Of a stretch of DNA of 64,000 bases, positions 31,546 to 40,564 are shown piece by piece; positions within the stretch are counted from its first letter, which is position 1, and each line of letters opens with the position of its first letter. The stretch is from the NCBI GenBank assembly GCA_947053595.1, contig CAMRSX010000002.1:39071-103070 (forward strand), given 5' to 3'. Origin of the DNA: an uncultured Clostridia bacterium (GTDB lineage Bacteria > Bacillota > Clostridia > Christensenellales > UBA1242). The notes under the pieces were generated by a model. That model did no database searches. It had not been told where the DNA came from and worked only from the letters and a program-made list of their open reading frames with translations. The position numbers were made by a program, and so were the translations under genes.

Positions 31546-32226
31546 ATGTGGACAGACAGAACAAAAATTTTGATTGGAGAAACTGGCATAACAAAGCTGT
31601 TTGAAAGCCATGTTGCGGTGGTTGGCATTGGCGGAGTTGGAGGACATGTTTGCACCATGCTGGCGCGCGCTGGGGTGGGCAAACTGACAATTGTGGATTT
31701 TGACAGGATTGACGAAACCAACATCAACAGGCAAGCGGTGGCAAACACTCAAACAGTGGGGCGCCTCAAGACAGAGGTTATGAAAGAGATGATTGAAAAA
31801 ATCAATCCAAACTGCGTTGTGAATGCCATCAGTGACAGACTTTGCGAGGACACGATTGCCAGCATGGGCTTTGAGGAATGCGATTTTGTGGTGGACGCAA
31901 TTGACAGCGTGCAAGACAAGCTGCAACTCATTTGCTTTTGCAAAAACAACAACATCAACATTGTCAGCGCCATGGGTTCGGGCAATCGCGCGTGCATTCC
32001 ACAATTTGAGGTTTTGGACATATATAAAACCACAAATGATGGCTTGGCAAAGGTGATGCGCAAAAAACTTAGGCAGCAAAATGTCAGCAATCTGACGGTG
32101 GTTGCTTGCACCACAAAGCCGCTTGAAACAAATGAAAAAACTGTGGGCAGCATCTCATATTTTCCTGCCATGTGCGGATGTGTGATTGCTGCGCATGTTG
32201 TGCAAAGTTTGCTGCAAAACTCTTAA
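31546..32226 (+). CDS. tcdA: tRNA threonylcarbamoyladenosine dehydratase (ThiF family)
   Basis: GIGGVG, DFDRIDETNINRQ, VVDAIDS, SAMGSG, DGLAKVMRKKLR. Confidence 0.88.
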   Translation: MWTDRTKILIGETGITKLFESHVAVVGIGGVGGHVCTMLARAGVGKLTIVDFDRIDETNINRQAVANTQTVGRLKTEVMKEMIEKINPNCVVNAISDRLCEDTIASMGFEECDFVVDAIDSVQDKLQLICFCKNNNINIVSAMGSGNRACIPQFEVLDIYKTTNDGLAKVMRKKLRQQNVSNLTVVACTTKPLETNEKTVGSISYFPAMCGCVIAAHVVQSLLQNS

Positions 32227-32347
32227 TCAAAAAGTTTCACTCAAGAAAGAGAATTTGCTTAAGAAAATTGACAGACATTTATGACATTTGCCAGAAAAAG
32301 AAATCAAAAAACAATAAAAAATTTAAAATTTAAAAGGAGATTTTGCT

Positions 32348-32656
32348 ATGGAAATTATCAATGAAAAAAACTTTGAAGAAAAAACAAAAGAGGGCGTTGT
32401 TTTGGTGGACTTTTTTGCAAATTGGTGCGGCCCTTGCAGAATGATGGGGCCAATCTTGGACGAAGTGCAAGAAAGCCTTTCAGACAAGGTGAAAATTTAC
32501 AAAGTTGATGTGGATGAGGACGAAAAGCTTGCTCGCAGCTTTGGAATTATGAGCATTCCAACTCTCATTTTGTTTGTGGACGGAAAAGAAACAGAAAAGC
32601 ACATTGGCTTGTGGATGAAAGACCAAGTTGTTGAAACTTTGCAAAAATATCTTTAA
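32348..32656 (+). CDS. trxA: Thioredoxin
   Basis: WCGPC active site, SIPTL. Confidence 0.97.
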   Translation: MEIINEKNFEEKTKEGVVLVDFFANWCGPCRMMGPILDEVQESLSDKVKIYKVDVDEDEKLARSFGIMSIPTLILFVDGKETEKHIGLWMKDQVVETLQKYL

Positions 32657-32817
32657 ATAGCAAATTTCTTGATGTTAACAAGCAAATTTCTTCATAAAAA
32701 AGCAATAAATAAAATTTTTTCTATTGACAACAAGCAATTTTAGTGATAAAATTGAAGATAGGAAAACTGCCGCATTTTTATGGCGGAAATTCAAGGAAAT
32801 TTAAAAGGAAAGGATTT

Positions 32818-33993
32818 ATGGAAAGAAGAATTTATCTCGACAACGCTTCCACAACCTACGTTTCAAACGAAGTTTTGACAGAAATGCTTCCTTGCTTCAA
32901 CACACTGTATGGCAATGCAGGTGCTTTGCACAGCTTGGGAAGAGATGCTGTTGCAATCATTGACAGGGCAAGGGACAGAATCAAAACTGCCATCAATGCA
33001 AAAAAAGCAAATGAAATTTATTTCACCAGTGGTGGCACAGAGGCTGACAACTGGGCAATCTTGGGCGTTGCACATGCAAATGTCAACAAAGGGAAGCACA
33101 TCATCACCAGCCAAATCGAGCATCACGCAGTGCTTCACGCGTGTCAACAGCTTGAAAAAGAGGGTTTTGAAGTGACATATCTTCCAGTTGATGAAAATGG
33201 ACTTGTCAAACTTCCAGAACTTCTGCACGCAATCAAAAAAGACACCACGCTCATTTCAATCATGTCTGTCAACAACGAAGTTGGAACCATTCAAAACATC
33301 AAAGCCATTGCCAAAATTGCACATGACTATGGCATTTTGTTTCACACAGACGCTGTTCAGGCAATTGGAAATGTCAAGATTGACGTTCAGGACATGGAAA
33401 TTGATTTGCTTTCAATGTCTGCGCACAAGCTTCATGGGCCAAAAGGCGTTGGAGCTTTGTATGTCAAAAACGGCGTGAGAATTGACCCAATCACATATGG
33501 CGGCGAAAGCCAAGAAAGAGGCAAGCGCTCTGGAACAGAAAATGTGCCAAGCATTGCAGGTTTTGGCAAAGCGGTTGAAATTGCCAACAGAAACTATATC
33601 ATAAACAACAAAAAACTTAAGAGCGTGAGAGATTATTTTCTTGAGAAACTTTCTGAAAAGTTGGAACATTTTCAGGTTAATGGGCATCCACATCAAAAGA
33701 CAAATGCCATTTTGAATGTTTCGTTTTATGGAATTGAAGGCGAATCCATCATGATGTTGTTGGATTTGGCAGGAATTTGTGTTTCAACAGCTTCTGCATG
33801 CACATCCAAAAGCCTTCTTCCTTCACATGTCTTGAAAGCCATGGGCGTGCCAGACGAAATTGCACAGAGCTCTGTCAGATTTTCTTTTGGAACAAACATC
33901 TCAAAATCTGATGTGGATTATGTTGTTGAACAACTTCAAAAGGTGGTTGCAAAACTTCGTGCAATTTCACCAGTTCAAGCAGGGAGGTTTTAA
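32818..33993 (+). CDS. iscS: Cysteine desulfurase IscS/NifS
   Basis: IYLDNASTT, FTSGGTEADN, SAHKLHGPKG, SACTS; upstream of iscU. Confidence 0.94.
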   Translation: MERRIYLDNASTTYVSNEVLTEMLPCFNTLYGNAGALHSLGRDAVAIIDRARDRIKTAINAKKANEIYFTSGGTEADNWAILGVAHANVNKGKHIITSQIEHHAVLHACQQLEKEGFEVTYLPVDENGLVKLPELLHAIKKDTTLISIMSVNNEVGTIQNIKAIAKIAHDYGILFHTDAVQAIGNVKIDVQDMEIDLLSMSAHKLHGPKGVGALYVKNGVRIDPITYGGESQERGKRSGTENVPSIAGFGKAVEIANRNYIINNKKLKSVRDYFLEKLSEKLEHFQVNGHPHQKTNAILNVSFYGIEGESIMMLLDLAGICVSTASACTSKSLLPSHVLKAMGVPDEIAQSSVRFSFGTNISKSDVDYVVEQLQKVVAKLRAISPVQAGRF

Positions 33994-33995
33994 TT

Positions 33996-34415
33996 ATGTA
34001 CAGCAAAACAGTTATTGAAAGATTTCAAAATCCTCGCAATGCTGGCGCAATGAAAGGCGCAAACGGCATTGGCGAAGTTGGCAACGCTGCATGTGGCGAC
34101 ATCATGAAGATGTATCTTAAGATTGATGACAATGGCGTGATTGAAAGCGCAAAGTTTAAAACCTTTGGCTGCTGCGCTGCCATTGCTTCCACAGACATGG
34201 CTTGCGACCTCATCAAAGGCAAAACCATTGACGAAGCTTTGAAAGTGACAAACAAAGATGTGCTTGATTTGTTGGGGGAACTTCCACCACACAAAATTCA
34301 CTGCAGCATTTTGGCGGAAGAATCCATTCACGCAGCCGTTCAGGATTATTACAAAAAAAGAGAAAAAGAGCTTAAAAAAGCACAGAAGGCAGCAGCTGAA
34401 GCTGAGGCGGAATAA
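33996..34415 (+). CDS. iscU: Fe-S scaffold IscU/NifU
   Basis: GNAACGDIM, FKTFGC, LPPHKIHCS. Confidence 0.95.
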   Translation: MYSKTVIERFQNPRNAGAMKGANGIGEVGNAACGDIMKMYLKIDDNGVIESAKFKTFGCCAAIASTDMACDLIKGKTIDEALKVTNKDVLDLLGELPPHKIHCSILAEESIHAAVQDYYKKREKELKKAQKAAAEAEAE

Positions 34416-34776
34416 GATTAAAAAACATCTTGCAAAGGTGCAGGATGTTTTTTTTATTGCAGTTGCTGATAACTTATTTAAAAAAAAATCTTGAAAAAAT
34501 CTTAAAAATATTTTATAAAAAAACTTAGCAACATCTCGCGAAATTTACTTTTTGCTTTTATTTTTTTGCGTCCAAAAATAAAGCACATGCGCAGAGGATG
34601 AAAAAAGCTTTAAAAGTTACACACACATACACATTGTCATATAAGATTAAGAGATTAAAATGTCATCAAAAAGCAAGAGAAAATATGAAACATTCTTAAA
34701 AATTTTGAAAGGAAAACATAAGGGAAAACAATCAAACAACAAGATGTTTTTCAATCAAACAAAAAAACATCAAAAT

Positions 34777-34833
34777 TGCATAACACACAACATATTGACA
34801 GTGTTATGCACTCCCCTACACAAAATATAGCAT
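34777..34833. repeat. Dispersed paired-palindrome element, copy 6 (spacing 33; box flanked by both arms)
   Basis: TGCATAAC-ACACAACATATTGACA-GTGTTATGCA-CTCCCCT-ACACAAAATATAGCAT in the convergent intergenic region. Confidence 0.85.
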
Positions 34834-34853
34834 ATCTCTGCGTAAAACCTGTC

Positions 34854-34880
34854 TTTTGCGAATAGTTTTGGATTATGAAA
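34854..34880 (+). other. Candidate dif (chromosome dimer resolution) site for the XerS-like recombinase
   Basis: TTTTGCGAAT-AGTTTTGG-ATTATGAAA: imperfect inverted arms around an 8-bp spacer; 15-bp exact match to the xer promoter; at the coding-strand switch. Confidence 0.5.
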
Positions 34881-34930
34881 TAACGGACAAAACTGTGTTC
34901 GCCCAACGAATTTTCACTGAAGAAAAATTT

Positions 34931-35530
34931 TCATTTCTCTTCTTTTTTATATTCCTTCAAAATTTCAACCACTTCTGCATCGCCCACAAAAAGAATTTCC
35001 TTGCTTTCTTTTTTTGATGTTTGGTCTTGGCTCCAAAACTTTTCTGCAAGTTCTTTATATTCGTTGAAGGACAAACCACTTCTGCCAATTCCAAAGTCTT
35101 TAACATAAAAAACTTCGCCGCAAAGTTTCACAGAAATTGCTTGATATTGTTTTTGTGGAGCCCTTTGTTTCATTATATCCATATTCTTTTTGGCAATGTC
35201 TCCCGTATCGGACAGATACATACACCTAAATCTGGAAGGAAGGAAAGGAAACTTCTCTTTTCTCACCTCTTCCAAAGCAATCTCGCGCATAAACAAGTCA
35301 TAATTTGCCAGTGCATCATAGGTGTCAAACAACAAAGCTTTGTTTTTCCAAAATCCCCTCTTCTTGGCGTGCTGAAGTGTAAGCCAATGAAGTGGTGTGC
35401 CATTTTTGTTGAAAGCAGCATCAAAAATCTTCATCTGTCCATTTGGCTGGTCGCCAAAGTGCAGCTGGTCGCCCACCTTATAGTTTCTGTCAGTTGCAAC
35501 CTGATATAAAATCAAATCCTTAACTTGCAT
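34931..35530 (-). CDS. DUF2441-like protein
   Basis: REIALEEVRKEKFPFLPSRFRCMYL, FWS...EIL pattern; start MQVKDL with GGAGAGG RBS. Confidence 0.7.
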   Translation of the reverse strand: MQVKDLILYQVATDRNYKVGDQLHFGDQPNGQMKIFDAAFNKNGTPLHWLTLQHAKKRGFWKNKALLFDTYDALANYDLFMREIALEEVRKEKFPFLPSRFRCMYLSDTGDIAKKNMDIMKQRAPQKQYQAISVKLCGEVFYVKDFGIGRSGLSFNEYKELAEKFWSQDQTSKKESKEILFVGDAEVVEILKEYKKEEK

Positions 35531-35622
35531 TCCCTCTCCTTTTGTCATTCTGAGTTGACATTCTCGGGGCGCTCTTGACGGGTGCATTCGCTTTTCTCAC
35601 AATACTTCCGCCTTGTTTCTTA

Positions 35623-35667
35623 TTGTCATTCTGCCCGAAGCGTAGCGAAGTGAAAGAATCTCTGTCC
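35623..35667 (+). repeat. REP-like short repeat, copy B (partial extra copy TTGTCATTCTGAG at 35542)
   Basis: TTGTCATTCTGCCCGAAGCGTAGCGAAGTGAAAGAATCTCTGTCC; 33/45 to copy A. Confidence 0.7.
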
Positions 35668-35701
35668 GCTTTGACAATAGCTGAAGAATGCCCATCAATT
35701 T

Positions 35702-36820
35702 TTAAATCTTGTATGTTTTTCTAAATTCTGCCAAAAATTCTGGGAAATAGTCGCCCAAAATTGCTTTGCGCGTTTTCTCTGCCAAGTTAATCAAAAAACG
35801 CAAGTTGTGAATGGAAAGCAGTTCTGCACCCAACATCTCCCCTGCATTGATGAGATGGCGGATGTAAGCACGGCTGTAATGGCGGCATGCATAGCAATCG
35901 CAACCTTCTTCTATGGCGCGAAAATCTTCCTTATATTGGCTGTTTTTAACCACCATTTTGCCGGTTTTTGTGAAGGCTGTGCCATTTCTGGCAATGCGCG
36001 TTGGAAGCACGCAGTCCATCATGTCCACTCCGCGTGCAAAGCCCTCAACAAGACAATCTGGGCTGCCCACGCCCATCAAATAGCGTGGCATATCGTGCGG
36101 CAAAATTGGGTGCAAAAAGTCCAACATTTCATACATATCGCTTTTTGCCTCGCCAACCGAAAGCCCGCCAATGGCAATGCCGCACTTGGCATAAGGCGTG
36201 CAATATTCTGCGCATTTCTTTCGCAAATCTTTATATAAATTGCCCTGAACAATTGGAAACAACACATGGTTGCCGCCCTGATGAGCCTTGGCGCATCTTT
36301 CCAGCCAAATTTTTGTTAGCTCTGCCGCCTTTTCGGCTTCGGCATAAGTGCCCGGAGCCTCCGTGCATTGGTCCAAAGCCATGTTGATGTCGCTGTCCAA
36401 AGATTTCTGTATGTCCATGCAAAGCTCTGGCGTCATCATAAACTTCTGCCCACTTAAGTGAGATTGAAATTCCACGCCCGCCTCAGAAACTTTGCGCAAT
36501 TTTGAAAGCGAAAACACCTGAAACCCGCCGCTGTCTGTGAGGATGGGCTTGTCCCAATTCATAAATGTGTGCAGCCCGCCGGCTTTTTCAACAATCTCGT
36601 GCCCCGGACGCAAAAAAAGATGATATGTGTTTGACAGAATAATTTGTGCCCCCATTTCGTCCAAATCTTCTCTTCTAAGCCCTTTCACGGTTGCTTGCGT
36701 TCCAACCGGCATAAACACTGGCGTTTTGATGTCCCCACGTGGCGTGTGCAAAATGCCTGCTCTCGCCCCAGTGACAGGGCAAATTTTTTCAATTTCAAAG
36801 CTAAAATTACAGTCTTTCAT
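35702..36820 (-). CDS. tgt: Queuine tRNA-ribosyltransferase
   Basis: TPVFMPVGT, LTDSGGFQVFSL, RYLMGVG, DCVLPTR, CDCYAC zinc site. Confidence 0.98.
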   Translation of the reverse strand: MKDCNFSFEIEKICPVTGARAGILHTPRGDIKTPVFMPVGTQATVKGLRREDLDEMGAQIILSNTYHLFLRPGHEIVEKAGGLHTFMNWDKPILTDSGGFQVFSLSKLRKVSEAGVEFQSHLSGQKFMMTPELCMDIQKSLDSDINMALDQCTEAPGTYAEAEKAAELTKIWLERCAKAHQGGNHVLFPIVQGNLYKDLRKKCAEYCTPYAKCGIAIGGLSVGEAKSDMYEMLDFLHPILPHDMPRYLMGVGSPDCLVEGFARGVDMMDCVLPTRIARNGTAFTKTGKMVVKNSQYKEDFRAIEEGCDCYACRHYSRAYIRHLINAGEMLGAELLSIHNLRFLINLAEKTRKAILGDYFPEFLAEFRKTYKI

Positions 36821-36996
36821 AATTTTTTAATTTCCTTTAAACATCTTTATTTTCAACACTGCAAAGCAGTGTTCAGATTATCAAATTTCACACTTTTGAA
36901 AAAGCGTCTAAATGGTTCTTCAAAGGTGTTCTTTTGGTGGAAAAAGATTGGAACGGAGAACCGAAGATTTAGGCGTTAGACTTAGCCATGTCGCCG

Positions 36997-38058
36997 TCAT
37001 AAATTTTTGGTTCCTCCCCAGATTAACATCGCGTCGCCAAAGCTGAAGAAACGATATTTTTCTTTCACAGCCGTTTTGTAGAGCGAAAGCGTTTTGTCAA
37101 TGTTTCCCACAAACGCCGATACAAGCATGATGAGCGTGCTTTCTGGCAAGTGAAAATTTGTGATGAGCGCGTCCACAATTTTAAATTTGTATGGTGGATA
37201 AATGAAAATCTTAGTTTCTCGCTTTTGTGGCTGCAGCAAGCCATTTTCAACCACCGCGCTTTCAAGCGTTCTCACTGAAGTTGTGCCCACGGCAATAATC
37301 CTTCTGCCCTCCGCCTTTGCTTTGTTGATGGCATCTGCCACTTCCTTGGTCACCTCAAAATATTCGCTGTGCATCTCGTGATTTAAGATGTTATCCTCTT
37401 TCACCGGTCTGAAAGTGCCAAGCCCAACATGAAGCAGCACATGCAAAACTTCCACGCCCTTTGCCCTAAGCTTTTCAAGCAGCTGTGGCGTGAAGTGAAG
37501 CCCCGCTGTTGGCGCCGCGCTGGAGCCCTCCACCTTGGCATAGACGGTTTGATATCGCTCTTGATTTTTCAATTTCTCTTTGATGTATGGTGGAAGTGGC
37601 ATGGTGCCAATTTCCATAAGGTGCTCTTCAAAGGTTTTGCTTGGCAAATAATCAAACTTCACCTTGCAAGCGCCATATTCGCCTTTGTCTGTCACAACGC
37701 ACTTGATGTTTTGGTTGAACACAATTTCTGTTCCAACTGCCAGCCTTTTTGCTGGCTTTGAGATGACTTCCCAAGTGAATAAATCCAGCCGCTTTTGCAG
37801 CAGAATTTCAATTTTTGCCCCTGTGGTTGCCTTAAAGCCAAAAAGCCTTGCTGGCAAAACACGCGTGTTGTTGACAACCAAAACATCGCCCGCTTTCACA
37901 AAATCCAAGATGTCATAAAAGTGCCTGTGCTCTGTTTCGCCCGTTTCGCGATTGAAACACAAAAGCCGCGAGTGGTCCCTTGGCTCAATTGGCGTTTGAG
38001 CAATAAGCTCCTCGGGCAAATCATAAAAATATGTGCTTCTTAAAACTTCTCTCTGCAT
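36997..38058 (-). CDS. queA: S-adenosylmethionine:tRNA ribosyltransferase-isomerase
   Basis: LPEELIAQ, PLPPYI, AAPTAGLHF, AVGTTSVR, TNFHLP, YRFFSFGD. Confidence 0.98.
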   Translation of the reverse strand: MQREVLRSTYFYDLPEELIAQTPIEPRDHSRLLCFNRETGETEHRHFYDILDFVKAGDVLVVNNTRVLPARLFGFKATTGAKIEILLQKRLDLFTWEVISKPAKRLAVGTEIVFNQNIKCVVTDKGEYGACKVKFDYLPSKTFEEHLMEIGTMPLPPYIKEKLKNQERYQTVYAKVEGSSAAPTAGLHFTPQLLEKLRAKGVEVLHVLLHVGLGTFRPVKEDNILNHEMHSEYFEVTKEVADAINKAKAEGRRIIAVGTTSVRTLESAVVENGLLQPQKRETKIFIYPPYKFKIVDALITNFHLPESTLIMLVSAFVGNIDKTLSLYKTAVKEKYRFFSFGDAMLIWGGTKNL

Positions 38059-38093
38059 AACGCTCCTTTCTAAGTTGATGTGTTTCTGCTTTA

Positions 38094-39101
38094 TTATTTC
38101 TCTGGATATGTGATGCCAAGATGGTGATATGCGTTTTCAAGAGCAATGCGCCCGCGTGGAGTGCGCGCAACAAAGCCAAGCTGCAACAGATATGGCTCAT
38201 ACACATCCTCAATGGTGCCAGAGTCTTCGCAAATGGTGGCAGAAAGTGTATCCAAACCAACTGGGCCGCCACCAAATTTATAGATGATGCTCTCCAAAAT
38301 TTTGCGGTCGATGAAGTCCAGACCCAACTCGTCAATTTCCATCTTGGCAAGTGCCTCATCTGTGATTTCTTTTGTGATTTTGCCTGTGCCAATAACTTCG
38401 GCATAGTCTCTCACGCGCTTCAGCAGCCTGTTGGCAATTCGAGGCGTTCCGCGAGAGCGTTTGGCAATGTCAAGACTGGCGCCATCGTCAATGTCAATTT
38501 TCAGGATGCGAGCTGAGCGCGAGATTATTTCTTGCAGTTCGTTGTCCGCATACAGCTCTAAGCGGCAGATGACGCCAAAGCGGTCGCGCAGTGGGCTGGT
38601 GAGCATTCCTGCCCTTGTTGTTGCGCCAATCAGTGTGAAAGGTTGAATTTTGAGGCGCATATTTTTTGCAGAAGGCCCCTTTCCCACAATGAAATCAAGC
38701 GCAAAGTCTTCCATGGCAGGATATAGAATTTCTTCCACCGTCTTATTGAGTCTGTGGATTTCATCAATGAAAAGCACATCGTTTTTGCCAAGATTGGTGA
38801 GAATGGCAGCAAGGTCGGCAGCATGCTCAATTGCAGGTCCGCTTGTCACCTTAAACTGGCTGCCAAGTTCGTTGGCAATGATGTGAGAAAGCGTGGTTTT
38901 CCCAAGCCCCGGTGGTCCATACAACAAAACATGGTCAAGAGCATCCTTTCTTGACTTTGCAGCTTTGATGTAAATTCCCAAGCTTTCCTTAATTTTTTGT
39001 TGTCCAACATATTCCTCAAGGCTGGTTGGCCTGAGCGAATTTTCAATTTCGGCATCTGTCCAGTTTTTGCTGCTGGTGATAAATCTATCTTGTTGTTCCA
39101 T
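38094..39101 (-). CDS. ruvB: Holliday junction helicase RuvB
   Basis: [34 protein letters not shown]. Confidence 0.98.
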   Translation of the reverse strand: MEQQDRFITSSKNWTDAEIENSLRPTSLEEYVGQQKIKESLGIYIKAAKSRKDALDHVLLYGPPGLGKTTLSHIIANELGSQFKVTSGPAIEHAADLAAILTNLGKNDVLFIDEIHRLNKTVEEILYPAMEDFALDFIVGKGPSAKNMRLKIQPFTLIGATTRAGMLTSPLRDRFGVICRLELYADNELQEIISRSARILKIDIDDGASLDIAKRSRGTPRIANRLLKRVRDYAEVIGTGKITKEITDEALAKMEIDELGLDFIDRKILESIIYKFGGGPVGLDTLSATICEDSGTIEDVYEPYLLQLGFVARTPRGRIALENAYHHLGITYPEK

Positions 39102-39113
39102 TTTTCTTCCTTT

Positions 39114-39173
39114 TAACTACATCTTGTGGTGTTATGCAGAGTTTTGTTGTGCATACCACACACCATATTGTAT
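39114..39173. repeat. Dispersed paired-palindrome element, copy 7 (spacing 44)
   Basis: TAACTACATCTTGTGG-TGTTATGCA-N11-TGCATACC-ACACACCATATTGTAT filling the ruvA-ruvB gap. Confidence 0.85.
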
Positions 39174-39773
39174 TTATCTTCCAAGTTCTCGCAGCACTTT
39201 CAAAATGATTTCCTCGGCTGTTGTGCCGCTGCTGACCTTGGCTCTTGCCAAGCGATATGCCTCATTTTTGTTCACTCCAAGGCTGATGAGCGTTTCAACT
39301 GCATCGTTAAGTGCGGTTTCGTTGAAGTCTTGCTCAATTTCAAACCCATCAACAAGCGGCAAGCCATGTGAAGAGATTTTGTCCTTAAGTTCCAAACAAA
39401 TACGCTCGGCAGTTTTTTTGCCCAAGCCCTTGATTTTTGAAAGCGAGTTGCTGTCGCCGCTTATGATGCTCATCAAAAGTTCAGAAAGTTTCATGCCAGA
39501 AAGCACGCCAATGGCACTTTTTGGCCCAACTCCCGAAACGGTGATGAGTTTCAAAAATAGTGCTTTTTCCTCTTCGGTGGCAAAACCATAAAGGCACACG
39601 CCTGTGTTTTCGCTCACTTGAAGATATGTCAGCACCTTGCAGGTTTCCCCTTGCATTGGAAGCGCATCCAGCGTGTTGTTGGAAATGGCAAGCTCATATC
39701 CCACGCCATTGACATTCACCACGCAAATATTCTCTCGTTTTTCTTCAATTGTTCCAATCAAAAATGAAATCAT
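39174..39773 (-). CDS. ruvA: Holliday junction DNA-binding protein RuvA
   Basis: NGVGYE, LYGF, VSGVGPK, GLGKKTAERI. Confidence 0.97.
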   Translation of the reverse strand: MISFLIGTIEEKRENICVVNVNGVGYELAISNNTLDALPMQGETCKVLTYLQVSENTGVCLYGFATEEEKALFLKLITVSGVGPKSAIGVLSGMKLSELLMSIISGDSNSLSKIKGLGKKTAERICLELKDKISSHGLPLVDGFEIEQDFNETALNDAVETLISLGVNKNEAYRLARAKVSSGTTAEEIILKVLRELGR

Positions 39774-39968
39774 TTCCCCTCCCGAAAACTGCGCTTTGGC
39801 TCATTTTTGACATCAATATGTCAAAAAGTTTCGCTCTGACGCTTGTTTTCTCCTTCCTCTTGCCAAACGAAAATCGCATTCCGCTTCGTTTCATTGGCGA
39901 TTTTGCGAGGCTCTCTCGCGAAGCCCATCACAGCAAGTTATAATGAGCTTTCAACTTCCAAACAAAAA

Positions 39969-40460
39969 TTACACAATGCCGTTCACATTCAAATTTGGAT
40001 TGATTTGGCTGTGACACAACGCCACGGCAAGTGCGTCCGCTGCGTCGTCTGGCTTTGGCACTTTCTCCAAGCCCAGCACTGCCTTCACCATAAACTGCAT
40101 CTGCTTTTTGTCTGCCCGTCCATTGCCAGTGAGAGCTTGCTTAATTTGCATTGGCGTATATTCAAAAATTCGTTCACAATGCTTTTGCGCCGTCAGAATA
40201 ATCACGCCGCGCGCCTCCGCCACTGGGATGACAGTGGTTTGATTGTGAAAATAAAACAATTCTTCCACTGCAACCTCGTCTGGTCGATATCTTTCAAACA
40301 GCACCCTAAGCGCCTCTTCAATCTGCATCAGCCTCACTGGAAGAGTGTTTTCTTTTGGCGTTTCAATTACGCCATAGTCCACCACTGCGTTGTTTCTGTG
40401 GGTGTCAATAATTCCATAGCCCACAATTCCATAGCCGGGGTCAATTCCTAAAATTCTCAT
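39969..40460 (-). CDS. ruvC: Holliday junction resolvase RuvC
   Basis: MRILGIDPG, EELFY, EARG, PDDAADALA; ATG lies 6 nt after TTGACA-18-TACAAT (leaderless). Confidence 0.97.
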   Translation of the reverse strand: MRILGIDPGYGIVGYGIIDTHRNNAVVDYGVIETPKENTLPVRLMQIEEALRVLFERYRPDEVAVEELFYFHNQTTVIPVAEARGVIILTAQKHCERIFEYTPMQIKQALTGNGRADKKQMQFMVKAVLGLEKVPKPDDAADALAVALCHSQINPNLNVNGIV

Positions 40461-40564
40461 GATAACATTGTAATAAAAAACACCCCATTTTGTCAAACAA
40501 AAGCGGGATGTTTAGACTTTGTTTTTTTATATAAGCCTTGTAGTCACAAAATAAAAAAGGGCTT

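Noticed and set aside
29764-32079. 771-aa minus-strand ORF (and other long antisense ORFs such as 228-1214 and 21507-22505)
   Set aside because: Antisense shadows of hslVU-tcdA, pheS and rny; no RBS or recognisable motifs
34416-34930. Canonical XerCD dif (…TAATATATATTATGT(T/A)AA…) and a 56-codon ORF starting at 34660
   Set aside because: No canonical dif seen; the ORF lacks a good RBS and runs through the repeat
39845-39930. Hairpins between ruvC and ruvA as a riboswitch or sRNA
   Set aside because: Two short stems only; no recognisable aptamer or promoter
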